This document shows positions 49,563 through 61,400 of a stretch of 64,000 nucleotides of DNA, piece by piece (within the stretch, counting starts at the first letter, position 1; every line of letters begins with the position of its first letter). The stretch lies in assembly GCA_963750165.1 (NCBI GenBank), contig CAVVPN010000003.1, forward strand, positions 576,001 to 640,000. Direction: 5' to 3'. The DNA comes from an uncultured Gemmataceae bacterium (GTDB lineage: Bacteria; Planctomycetota; Planctomycetia; Gemmatales; Gemmataceae). Both the position numbers and the translations under genes were made by a program. Under the pieces are notes generated by a model, which searched no databases, was not told where the DNA came from, and was given only the letters and a program-made list of their open reading frames with translations.

Positions 49563-50684
49563 CTATTCTCCCTCGTTGCTGCGCTCCAGTTCCTTCAAAT
49601 AATCCAGCGCCTCATCCACGGTGCCGACCACCGCCCCCGGCACACGGCCGGCGTCGTCCAGCTGCCGCAGCAACAACAGATCCTCGAAATCCGGCGACGC
49701 CTGCAGTTCGCGGCGCAGCTTGCCGCCGAGAGTGCCGGCACGGTAGGCGTGCGCGTCCATGTGGTGCGCAATCAGAAACTGCGTGCGCTCAGTGATGAGC
49801 CCGTCCAGCGCCGCCAACGCCGCGCCCACGTGGTCGCCCGGGTCCAGTCCCTTGCCCACGTCGTGCAGCAGTGCCGCCAGCAGAAACTCCTCGTCATAGG
49901 GCCGCTCGTCGCGGGCTAACTCGAACACCTGCAGCGAGTGAAAGAGCACGTCGCCCTCGGGGTGGTGGACCGGGCTCTGCCGTACCTCCTCCAGCGGCAA
50001 CAGCAACATGCGGAACAGCTGATACGGGTCCACCGTCTCCTCGGCCGCCTGAATCGCCTCATCGAGGTTCACACCGGGATACTCGCGCCGCAGCAGTTCC
50101 TCCAGCTCCGCGATGGACGCCCGCTCAATGGCCTTACCGGTGATCGAACTTTTGAAGACGTAATGCGCCTTGTCCTCGGGGTGAACGGTCAGCTCAAAGT
50201 TGAAGCGGTCGTGGATGTGGACGTGCGTGTAATTGCGGGTTTCGCCGTGCTTGGTGATCTCCTTGCGCTCCATGTCGAACTGATAGCCCTCGCGCTCCAG
50301 GGTGTCGGTGAGCAGGCCGACTGTGTCGGTGAAGACGTGAATGTCAATGTCGGAGCCCTTGCGGACGTGCCCGGTCATGACGCTGCCGATGAGCCGCGGC
50401 CGGAATGCCCGCAACTGACGCATCAGCCGCAGCGCTTCGAGGCGCATCTGCTTGAGGTGTTCGGTGCGCTTATCGCCCTCGTGGATGCGGGCGAACACCT
50501 GAATCTGATCGCGGATTTCGGCATTGGAGGGGAGATCCTCGGGTTTGACGCTGCTGCGACAGAGCCGCCTGGCGGCCTTGCGCTTGGCGGTGAAGTACTC
50601 GGACTCGATACGTTCGTACATCAGGCGCGCTGCTTCGAGCGCGATGGCCTGACGGAGTTTGACATCGCCGTGACCATTTCTCAT
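49563..50684 (-). CDS. Nucleotidyltransferase (pol-beta type) + HD domain fusion protein
   Basis: LIGSVMTGHVRKGSDIDIHVF; HPEGDVLFHSLQVF...ALLHDVGK. Confidence 0.87.
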   Translation of the reverse strand: MRNGHGDVKLRQAIALEAARLMYERIESEYFTAKRKAARRLCRSSVKPEDLPSNAEIRDQIQVFARIHEGDKRTEHLKQMRLEALRLMRQLRAFRPRLIGSVMTGHVRKGSDIDIHVFTDTVGLLTDTLEREGYQFDMERKEITKHGETRNYTHVHIHDRFNFELTVHPEDKAHYVFKSSITGKAIERASIAELEELLRREYPGVNLDEAIQAAEETVDPYQLFRMLLLPLEEVRQSPVHHPEGDVLFHSLQVFELARDERPYDEEFLLAALLHDVGKGLDPGDHVGAALAALDGLITERTQFLIAHHMDAHAYRAGTLGGKLRRELQASPDFEDLLLLRQLDDAGRVPGAVVGTVDEALDYLKELERSNEGE

Positions 50685-50955
50685 AAGTATTGCAACCAAT
50701 TAAGGTTGCCGCTCGTGGTAAGAATGACGACCCTTCAAGGCATCAGGGCACGGAGCAGCCTTGCTCGCCGCACCGCAAGAGCGCAGTTTCATCGGCGAAC
50801 TCCCAGTTAAGGCGAACGCAGCAACCGATCTTTCACAGACGGACGCCCCCTTGCTATTAGATGGCGACGCCAGCGAATGGGGTTCCGCTGTCGAAAGAAT
50901 CGTTACAACCAGTCTTACCCAAAAAGACGAAAAGGCCACTTCTTCGTATTCTCAT

Positions 50956-50985
50956 TTGACAACCGGCTTTACCGCCCTTTACGAT
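50956..50985 (+). promoter_or_regulatory. Putative sigma70 promoter TTGACA-N18-TACGAT for the TIGR03032-like and giant-protein genes
   Basis: Perfect -35 and near-consensus -10 in an AT-richer intergenic stretch. Confidence 0.55.
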
Positions 50986-51186
50986 GCTGCACGTTGTTTG
51001 TAAACTTCCTGCTTTTGCACGCAGGCCCGACACGGGCTCCGGAACTCGCCTTCAATTAACGACAACCAGTGGCACCACGTCGCCTTGGTGCGGCAGGTTG
51101 ATCCGCTTTCCGTCTACGCGGATGGCCCCTGCAGAACTCCCAATCGGGCCTGAGTACCGCGCGCCACAGGCCAGGAGTAACGGATC

Positions 51187-52308
51187 GTGCTGTGTTCTTC
51201 CACGCCAACCGATTGTGAGCCGGAGTCGCGACTCCCCACAGCGCCCGCGCCATTGCGCAGCGTCCACACGAGCAATTTTCCCGGGCTGCTGCGTGAGCTG
51301 GGCCTGTCCGTGCTGGTCACCACCTATCAGGCCGGCAAACTGGTCGTGCTGCGCGCCGTGGGCGACGTGCTCAACACGCACTTCCGCAACTTCAGCGTAC
51401 CGATGGGACTGGCGGTGCAGCCCGGTCGAATAGCCATCGGCACTGCGCTGGAAATCTGGGAGTTTCACGACTTGCCGGCTGTGGCTGCCACGGTCGCGCC
51501 AGCCGGCCAGTGCGACGCCTGCTTTCTGCCCCGCCTGTCGCACACCACCGGCCACATTCAGATTCACGAAATGGCCTGGGTCGGCGCCGAACTCGTGTTC
51601 GTCAACACCTGCTTCTCCTGCCTGTGCGTCCGCGACCCGCGCTTCAGTTTTCGGCCCATCTGGCGACCGCCCTTCGTCAGCGCCTACACGCCCGACGATC
51701 GCTGCCATTTGAACGGACTGGGCCTCAGGGACGGCCGCGTGCAGTATGTCACCGCCCTGGGCCGCACCGACACGCCGGGCGGCTGGCGGGCCAACAAACG
51801 CGCTGGCGGTCTGCTTATTGATGTTGGCAGTAACCAGATCATCGCCACGGGGCTGTCCATGCCGCATTCGCCGCGCTGGCACGCGGGCCGGTTGTGGTTG
51901 CTCGAATCGGGCCACGGCAGCGTCGGCACCGTGGACCTGGCCTCGGGTCGTTATGAGACAGTCGCCGAGTTGCCCGGGTTCACGCGCGGCCTCGACATCG
52001 TCGGCCCCTATGCCTTCATCGGCCTGTCGCAGGTCCGGGAGTCGGCCGTGTTCAGCGGCATTCCCCTGGTGGAGCGCGTCGAGAAACGCTGTTGCGGCGT
52101 CTGGGTGCTCGACCTGCGCAGCGGCGCGACCGTGGCCTGGGTCAAATTCGAGGACGCCCTCCAGGAGATCTTCGCCGTGCAGGTGCTGCCGGGCAAGCGC
52201 TTCCCAGATATCGTCAACGATGATCGGGTGCGCATCGGCAATTCGTATGTGCTTCCCGACGACGCCCTGGACGACGTGCCCGCCACCCTGCAGAAGCGTG
52301 TGTCCTGA
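51187..52308 (+). CDS. TIGR03032 (DUF4915) family protein
   Basis: TTYQAGKL, TGHIQIHEM, FVNTCFSCL, DRCHLNGL, GLSMPHSPRW and LPGFTRGL motifs; AGGAG RBS. Confidence 0.9.
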   Translation: MLCSSTPTDCEPESRLPTAPAPLRSVHTSNFPGLLRELGLSVLVTTYQAGKLVVLRAVGDVLNTHFRNFSVPMGLAVQPGRIAIGTALEIWEFHDLPAVAATVAPAGQCDACFLPRLSHTTGHIQIHEMAWVGAELVFVNTCFSCLCVRDPRFSFRPIWRPPFVSAYTPDDRCHLNGLGLRDGRVQYVTALGRTDTPGGWRANKRAGGLLIDVGSNQIIATGLSMPHSPRWHAGRLWLLESGHGSVGTVDLASGRYETVAELPGFTRGLDIVGPYAFIGLSQVRESAVFSGIPLVERVEKRCCGVWVLDLRSGATVAWVKFEDALQEIFAVQVLPGKRFPDIVNDDRVRIGNSYVLPDDALDDVPATLQKRVS

Positions 52309-52435
52309 ATCTGCCAGCGAGTTGTGGCGTTGCTGAAGCAGCGCCAGGAACACCTACCCTTGCGATCATCGCCGTTGTCGTTGCGAGAATGAGCGCCCCT
52401 TACCCCCAAGTATCTGCAACACCTGAGAGGCTCCC

Positions 52436-55400
52436 ATGTTTTTCCCGTCCCGCAAGTCCTGGCTGAACAAACTCATCCGTATGTGGTCCGGTCGCACGCG
52501 CACGATACAGTCCCGGTCGCGTTCCGGCAACCGTCTCCGCCTGGAGGTGCTGGAAGAGCGCGTGACGCCGAGCAATTACACGGTCACGAACACGAACTAC
52601 AGCGGCACCGGCAGTCTGGGGGACGCCATCACCACGGCCGTCAGCGCCGATGACCCGGCGGCCGTGATTATTTTCAGCGGCCTGCCGAGCAACTCCACGA
52701 TCCAGCTCGACAGCACCACGGTCAGTTCGACCATCACCTACGGGCCGACGGCGTTCGTCATCAACGGCACCAGCGGCACCAACCTCACCATCAACGGCGC
52801 GGGCTCCCCGGGACTGGTGATCGACGGCGGCAGCGCCGTGCGCTTGTTCGCGGTGGCGGGCGGCGACAGCTTGACGCTGGAAAACCTCACGCTGCAAAAC
52901 GGCCTGGCCCAGGGGGGCGCCGGCGGCATGGGGCAAAGCGGCGGCGGCGGTGCGGCGGGCCTCGGCGGTGCCGTCTACACCGCCCCCAACGCTGCGCTGA
53001 CCATCCAGTCCAGCACGATCAGCGGCAACGTTGCCCAGGGCGGCGCCGGCGGCACCGGCAACCCGGGCACCTACTCCGGTGGCGGCGGCGGCGGCGGCCT
53101 GAACAGCAGCGGCGGCGATGGCGGCGTCGGCGCCGGTGCGCTGGGCGGCGCCGGCGGGGGGCCTAACGGGGGCGCCGCCACCAACGGCTACCCCCACGCG
53201 GGCGGCTACGGCGGCGGCGGCGGCGGCGCCGGGGACACCGCCGGGGGTTGGGGCGGCGCCGGCGGCGGCTTCGGCGGCGGCGGCGGCGGCGAAAGCAGCG
53301 CCTACGGTTGGAACAACTATGGCGGGGGCGGTTTCGGCGGCGGCGGCGGCGGCAACGTGGGCACCGAATATGGCGGAACACCGGGCTACAGCGCCTTCGG
53401 CGGCGGCGCCGGCGCCAACGGCAGCGCCTACACTGGCGGCGGCGGCGGCGGCGCTGGCCTGGGCGGAGCCATTTTCAACAACGGCGGCACGGTCATCATC
53501 ACCAATTCCACACTGTTCGGTAATTCGGCGGTGGGTGGGATGGCCGGCGATGCGGCGGCCGGGAACGGGCAGGGCCTCGGCGGCGCCGTCTTCTCACGCA
53601 ACGGCAGCCTGAACTTGCTCAACGCCACCATCAGCGGCAACACAGCGGCCGACGGCGCCCGCGGCGTCTACGTCCTGGGCGACGGCGCCGCGGCCACCGC
53701 CACCATCAACAACACGATCATCGGCCAGTCCGACACCAGCGTCACGGACTTCGTGGCCACCACCATCCACAGCGGCACCACGTCCACCAGCGGCGCCGGC
53801 AACCTGATCCCCACCGCGACAGGCTTCAGTGGGACCGCGATCACGGGCGACCCCATGCTGGCGACCACCCTGGCGAACCACGGCGGCCCCACGCCGACCC
53901 TGGCGCTGCAGGCCGGCAGCGCCGCGATTGGTACCGGGGGAGCGTTCACCACCGTCGGCACCGCGGGCATCGCGGCCACGGACAACTCCATCACCCTCAG
54001 TAGCAACGGCGTTGCCCTCACGCCGGGGGATACTTTCCTCCAGATCGATAGCGAGGTGATGCTCGTGACGGCGGTCAGTGGCAATACCCTGACCGTGATC
54101 CGCGGCTATAACGGCACCGCGGCGACCATGCACACGGCCGGGACCGGTGTGTTTCTCCACCTGGACCAGCGCGGTTATGGCGCGACCACCACGCCCGACA
54201 TCGGAGCCTATCAGTCCACCGGAACGTCGCCGGGCACGCCGACCGTCACCGGCGTCAATCCGATTTCGGGGACCAGAGGGGGCGGCACGGAGGTATCCAT
54301 CACCGGAACGAATCTGAACAACGCCACCGCCGTGAACTTTGGCCTGCTCCCAGGGACGATTGTCAGCGACTCGGGCACCACCATCGTGGCCACCACGCCG
54401 TTGGAGTCAGCCGGGACGGTGCATACGACCGTGACCACCGTCGGCTGGGACACCTCCGCCACCTCCCCGGCGGATCAGTACACCTTCATCGCAACCCCAA
54501 CCTACGCGGAGAACCTCGACGCCAGCGGCAACCTGACGATTACTCAGGAATTCCTCAGCGACAACGACAACTTGAACTTTACGCTTGCCGGCGGTCTTTA
54601 CACCTTCACGGACAGTGGCGATCTCCTGTTCGACACCCCTACGGGCGCCGGCGCCGCCAGCATTAGTGGCGGCGGGACCAGTACCATCACCATTCCCAGT
54701 TCCGCCATCACCTCGATCACGGTCGTCCTCGGCACCGGTACGAACGTCTTCACCTTCACCGGCACCGGCGGCGCCGCGGCAGCGCCGATTAGCGTGAACG
54801 CCGGCACGACCACCGGCGACCAGATCAACATCACCGGGGCCGTGCTGGACAGCGGGGCGGTCACGCTCACGGCGAACGCCATCAGCGAGTCGGGTTCAGG
54901 TTCCCTCAACGCCGGCACCAGCGCCGTCACGCTGACCGCCACGACGGCGCTCACGCAAACGGCGTCCGCCGTCATCACCGCCGGCCCGTTGGGCATCACC
55001 GCCGGCAGCGTTGGCACCAGCAGCCAATCCCTGGTCTTCAACGCCGCGTCGCTGACTTCAGACACCTCGGCGGCCAACGGCGATCAGTTCCTGGCCGACA
55101 CCGCCACCGTCTCGCTCGCCAGCGCCAACGCCCTGAACGCCGGCACCGGCACCCTCACGCTGACGGGCGGCACGTTCCAGATCCAGGGCGGCGCGGGCGG
55201 CAACGCCATCACGGACACCTCTTCCGTGACCGTGAACAGTCCGGCGCTGCTGGACCTGGACGGCAACAGCGAAACCATCTACGCCCTGAACGGCACCGGC
55301 ACCGTGACCAGCAGCAGCGCCGGCACGGTCACGCTGACCGTCGGCGCCGGCGGCGGCAGCGGCACCTTCGCGGGCGTCATCCAGAACGGCAGCGGCACGG

Positions 55401-58400
55401 TCGGCCTGACCAAGAGCGGCGGCGGCACCGAGGCCCTCTCGAACAGCAGCACGTACACCGGCCCGACCAACATCAACGCAGGCACGCTGCTCCTGGCGGC
55501 AGGGGTCAGCGTGCCCAACTATAGCTTCGAGACGCCCAACATCGGCACCGGCGGTGGGGCCTACCAGTACAACCCGGGCGGCGCCAGCTGGACGTTCAGC
55601 GGCGCCGGCCTGGCCGGCAACGGCAGCGCCTTCAACAACGCCAACGCCCCGGACGGCACCCAGGTGGCCTTCATCCAGACCACCGGCTCCATCACCCAGA
55701 GCATCGACTTCCCCGCGGACGGCTCGTATGTCATCAACTTCCAGTCGGCGTTCCGCAACGCCCAGAACGGCGTGAATGACTTCCAGGTGCTGGTGGACGG
55801 CACCGTGTACGGCACCTTCACGCCGACCACCTCGGCGAACTACCTGCCCTACTCCACCAGTGCCTTCACCGTGACGGCCGGCAGCCACACAGTCGAATTC
55901 CTGGGGCTCGACACCGCAGGCGGCGACCGCACCTCCTTCGTGGACGACGTGACGATCACCGGCGTCAGCGCGCCCCCGAGCATCCTGCCCACCACCACGG
56001 CGGTCACAGTAGCCGCGTCCGCCACGCTCGACCTGGGCGGGACCGACCAGACCATCGGTTCGCTGACCGGCGCAGGCAACGTCGTGCTCGGCACCGGCAC
56101 CCTGACCACGGGGGCCGATAACACCAGCACCACCTTCGGCGGCGTCATCAGCGGCGCGGGCAGCCTGACCAAGATCGGCAGCGGCGTCTTCACCTTCAGC
56201 GGCCTGGGCACCTACGCCGGCAGCACCACCGTCAACGACACCGGCACGCTTCAGCTGGCCGCCGGCGCGCTGCCCGCCAACCCCGTCGCCCACTACACGT
56301 TCGACGGCAACACCAACGACTCCAGCGGCAACGGCAACGACGGCACCATCAGCGGCGCCGGCACCAGTTACGTCAGCGGCCAGTTCGGCCAGGCCCTCAA
56401 CTTCACCGGCAGCCAGGCGGTCACCGTCCCCTACTCGGCCAGCCTGGCCAACCTCAACTCCTTCACCGTCTCGGCCTGGGTCAACATGGCCCCCGGCTTC
56501 ACCGCGTACCTCAACGGCATCCTGGGGACGCGCTTCGGCAGCGACAACACCTTCGATGTCAAGGTTCAGGCTTCCGGCATCCACGGCGATGTCGGCGACG
56601 GCACCAACTGGATCAACACTGGTGTGGACATCTCCAACGCTCAGGGCGGCCAGTTGACGCCCGGCACCTGGGCCATGATTACCTACGTGATCGACAGCAC
56701 CAGCGACCAGTTCCGGCTCTACATCAACGGCACCCTGCTGAACACCATCGGTTTCACCGGCACGCCGCTGTTCATGAAGCCCGGCCAGACCCTGGAAATC
56801 GGCGCATCTGCCGACGGCGAGTTCATGAACGGCGCCATCGACGATGTCTACATCTACGGCCGGGCGCTGGGCAGCCTCGAAATCGGCACCCTGTACAGCA
56901 CCAGCCACATGGTGTTGCCGACCAGTACCAACGTGTCGGTCGCCAACGGCGCGACCCTCGACCTCAACGGCATCACCCAGACGATTGGCAGCCTCAACGG
57001 CGCCGGCACCGTGACCAACAACAGCACCACGCCGGCGACGCTGACGGTGACCGGCGGCGGCAGTTTCAGCGGCAACATCACCGCCGCCAGTACCGCCCTG
57101 ACCGTCGGCGGCACGGCGCAGACGTTGACGCTCTCGGGCAACAACACCTACGGCGGCCCGACCACGATCAACAGCAGCGACACCCTCCAGGCCGGCAGCA
57201 CCACCGCCCTGCCTGACGCCACCAGCGTCACCGACAACGGCACCCTCGACCTGGGCGGCAACAACCTGACCATCGGTTCGCTGGCCGGCGCGGGCAACGT
57301 CGTGCTCGGCGCCGGCACCCTGACCACAGGAGCCGATAACACCAGCACCACGTTCGGCGGCGTCATCAGCGGCGCGGGCAGCCTGACCAAGATCGGCAGC
57401 GGCGTCTTCACCTTCAGCGGCCTGGGCACCTACGCCGGCAGCACCACCGTCAACGGCACCGGCACGCTCCAGCTGGCGAATGCGCCGCTCCCCGCCAACC
57501 CGGTCGCCCATTACACGTTCGACGGCAACACCAACGACTCCAGCGGCAACGGCAACGACGGCACCATCAGCGGCGCCGGCACCAGTTACGTCAGCGGCCA
57601 GTTCGGCCAGGCCCTCAACTTCACCGGCAGCCAGGCGGTCACCGTCCCCTACTCGGCCAGCCTGGCCAGCCTCAACTCCTTCACCGTCTCGGCCTGGGTC
57701 AACATGGTCCCCGGCTTCGCGTCGTTCACCAACGGCATCCTGGGGACGCGCTTCGGCGGCGACACCACGTTCGATTACAAGGTTCAGGCTTCCGGCATCC
57801 ACGGCGATGTCGGCAGCGGCAGCGGTTGGATCAACACGGGTGTGGACATCTCCAACGCCCAGGGCGGCCAGTTGACGGCCGGCACCTGGGCCATGATTAC
57901 CTACGTGATCGACAGCACCAGCGACCAGTTCCGGCTCTACATCGATGGCACCCTGCTGAACACCATCGGCTTCACCGGCACGCCGTTGTTCATGCAACCG
58001 GGCCAAACCCTGGAGATCGGCAATTCCTCCGGCGGCGAGTTCATGAACGGCACCATCGATGATGTTTACATCTACGGCCGCGCGCTGAACAACAGCGACA
58101 TCTTCACCCTGTACACGGCCAGTCACATGGTGTTGCCGAGTGGCACCAGCTTGTCGGTCGCCAGCGGCGCGACCCTGGACCTGAACGGCGTCACCCAGAC
58201 GGTCGGCAGTCTCAACGGCGCCGGCGCGGTCACCAACAGCGGCGCGGCGGCGACGCTGACGGTCAGCGGCGGCGGCACCTTCGGCGGCAGCATTCAGGAT
58301 GGCGCCGGCACCACGGCCCTGACGGTCACCGGCGGCACGCTGAACCTGACCAGCACCAACACCTACACCGGCGCCACCACCGTCAGCGGCGGCACCCTGC

Positions 58401-61400
58401 GCGTGAACGGCTCGATCACCAGCAATGCCACGGTCACCAGCCCCGGCACCCTTGGCGGCTCCGGCACCATCACGGGCAACGTCAGCGGCACCGGCACCAT
58501 CGATCCGGGCAACAGCCCCGGCATCCTTACCATCGCCGGCAACTTCACGCCGACGGGGACCGTCAACTTCGAGGTCTACAGTCCCTACGCGGTCGCCGGC
58601 ACGGATTACGACCAGATCATCGTCAACGGCGCGGGCAACACCATCAACCTCGGCGGCGCCACGGTCAACTTCATCAGCCCGGGCGGCGGCTCGGCCCCGG
58701 CCCTACCCAACGTCATCACCCTGATCCAGAACAACACCGGCACCACGATCACGCCGTTCGCCAACCTCGCGGCCGGGGCGACGGTCACCCTCAGCACCGG
58801 CCCCACCTTCGAGGCGTACTACGGCGGCAACGCCGGCTTGGACCTGGTCCTCGTCACCGCCGCGCCCTCGACCGTGGCCTATGTGTCGCCCACCTTCGCC
58901 GGCGACGCCCTTGGCCAGTCCATCACCGATGCCGACTTCGGCACGACCGGCAACCAGGGCGCCATCTTCGGCGTCAACGCCTTCACGACGATCGGCGCGG
59001 CCCTGAGCGCGATCACCAGTTCCGGCCAGGTGATCGTCAACAGCGGCAGCTACGCCGAGGCCGTCAACATCACCGGCACGCAGACGCTCACCATCACCGG
59101 CACGAACACCCCGCAGGCCGTCACGATCAACGCGCTGACCACGGTGGCCGGCACGACGGTTTCGATCCAGGGCGCGTCCACGCTGACCGATGGCGACGCG
59201 ACCAGCACGACGGCCGCCGGCACCGTCAGCGGCAGCGGCAGCCTGACCAAGCAGGGCACGGGGACGCTGACGCTCAGCGGCAGCAACACCTACACCGGCA
59301 CCACGACGGTCAGCGCGGGCACGCTGCTGGTGAACGGCAACGACTCGGCCGCGACCGGAGCGGTGGCCATCAACGGCGGTGTGCTCGGCGGCACCGGAAC
59401 GGTTGGCGGGGTGGTGACGGTGAACACTGGCGGGACGATCAACCCCGGCAACGGTGGCACCAGCATCGGCACCCTGACCGTCGCGGCGTTGACCTTCAAT
59501 GGCGGCACTTTCGCCGCGGACTTCAACGGCGCCACCTCGGACACAATCACCACGGCCGGGGCCGTCAACCTGAACGCCGGCACCGCCGGGACGTTCACCG
59601 TCAACAGCCAGACGGGGACCACCCCGCCCTCGACCGTCTACACGCTCATCAACAATACCGGTGTGGCGGCCATCAGCGGCACGCCGCTGACGGGTGCGGC
59701 GGTAGGCGTGCCGGTCACGATCAACGGCGTGCCGACCTTCGCCGACTACATCGGCGGGAACGGCCGCAGCTTCACTCTGACAGCCGCCGGCAACCCGACC
59801 CTCAACTACAACGGCGCCCTGATCGTTCGCAAGGACGTAACCGGCGGCGCGAATAACCTTCAGCTCGTTCAAAACGGCACCGTCGTGGACGAGCGGCCCC
59901 TGGCCAGCATCATTTCAGTCTACACCGTCAATTCCAACGCTGGCGGTCCCGGCGACAGCCTGACGGTCGATTACACGCCGGGCACCACCGCCCCGGCCGG
60001 GCTGTTCGCGACCAACATCGCCTACAACGAGACGGGCGCCACCCCTGCCAGCCTGACGGTCACCAGCGGCACCTTCGGCAAGCTTGCCTTCAACCCAACC
60101 GGCAGCACCGCCGAGACGATCCAGGAGTTCACCAACGCGGGCGACACCACGCCGCTGACGACCATCACCGCGACGGGCGTGAGCACGGTCAGCGACACCA
60201 GCACCAACACGGGTCTGGCGATCATCAACCTGCCCACGGGTCCGAACACCGCCACTCTGGCCGACGACGGCACCCCCGGCAACACCCTCTCCAAATTGAG
60301 TGGGTCCACCCTCCCCGCGACCAGCTTCGCCAACCCCGCCAGTTCGCTGACCATCAACCGCGGCAGCGCCGCGGACAACCTCACGGTCGCCGCCCTCCCC
60401 GATTTCACTGCGGGCCTGACGCTGGGCACCGCGGCCAACCCGTTCGGCACGCTGACCTTCAGCGGCGCCGTCACCCTGGCCGCGGGCAACAGCCTGGCCG
60501 GGGACGCCGCCGCCGCCATCAACTTCACGGGCGGCGGTGTCTTCGCCACCTCCGGCAGCGGCACCGTCGCACTGACGACGGCCACCAGTATTGCGCTGGC
60601 GTCCGGCTCCAGCATCACCACCGGTTCCGGCAACCTGACCCTGACGGCCAACAGCGCCGGCACGACGGCGGGCACCTTCGTCGGCATCACCGTCAACGGC
60701 GCCACGCTCCAGAGCGGCACGGGCACCGTGCTGCTGCAGGGCACCGGCGGAACGACCGGCAGCAACGACATCGGCGTGGAGATTCAGGGCGGAGGCAGGA
60801 TCCAGACCACGGCTGCCAGCGGTACGGTCACCGTCCTGGGCACCGGCGGCGCCGGCTCCAGCAACGACTACGGCGTCTACGTGACCGATGCCAATTCCAG
60901 GATCACGTCGAGCGGCGGCACCGTCGCCGTCACCGGCCAGGGCGGCTCCGGCTCCTTCGGCAACAACTACGGCGTGGACGTGGACAACGCAGGCCAGGTG
61001 ACCGCGGGCGGCACGGGCTCGGTCACCGTCCTGGGCACTGGTGGCACCGGCACCGGCAGCAACAACTACGGCGTCTACGTCACCGATGCCAATTCCAGGG
61101 TGACCTCGGGCGGCGGCACTGTCGCCGTCACCGGCCAAGGCGGCGGCAACGCCGCGTCCTTCGGCAACAACTACGGCGTGGACGTGGACAATACGGCGCA
61201 GGTGACGGCGGGCGGAGCGGGCACGGTCATGGTGACCGGCACCGGCGGCGCCGGGTCCGGCAACAACTACGGCGTCTACGTGGCCGACGCGAGCCAGGTG
61301 ACGGCGAGTGGCGCGGGCGCGGTCACCGTCCTGGGCAGCGGCGGCTCCGGGCCGTTCGGCTTCAACTACGGCCTCTACGTGACCGGTGCGGGTTCCCGGA

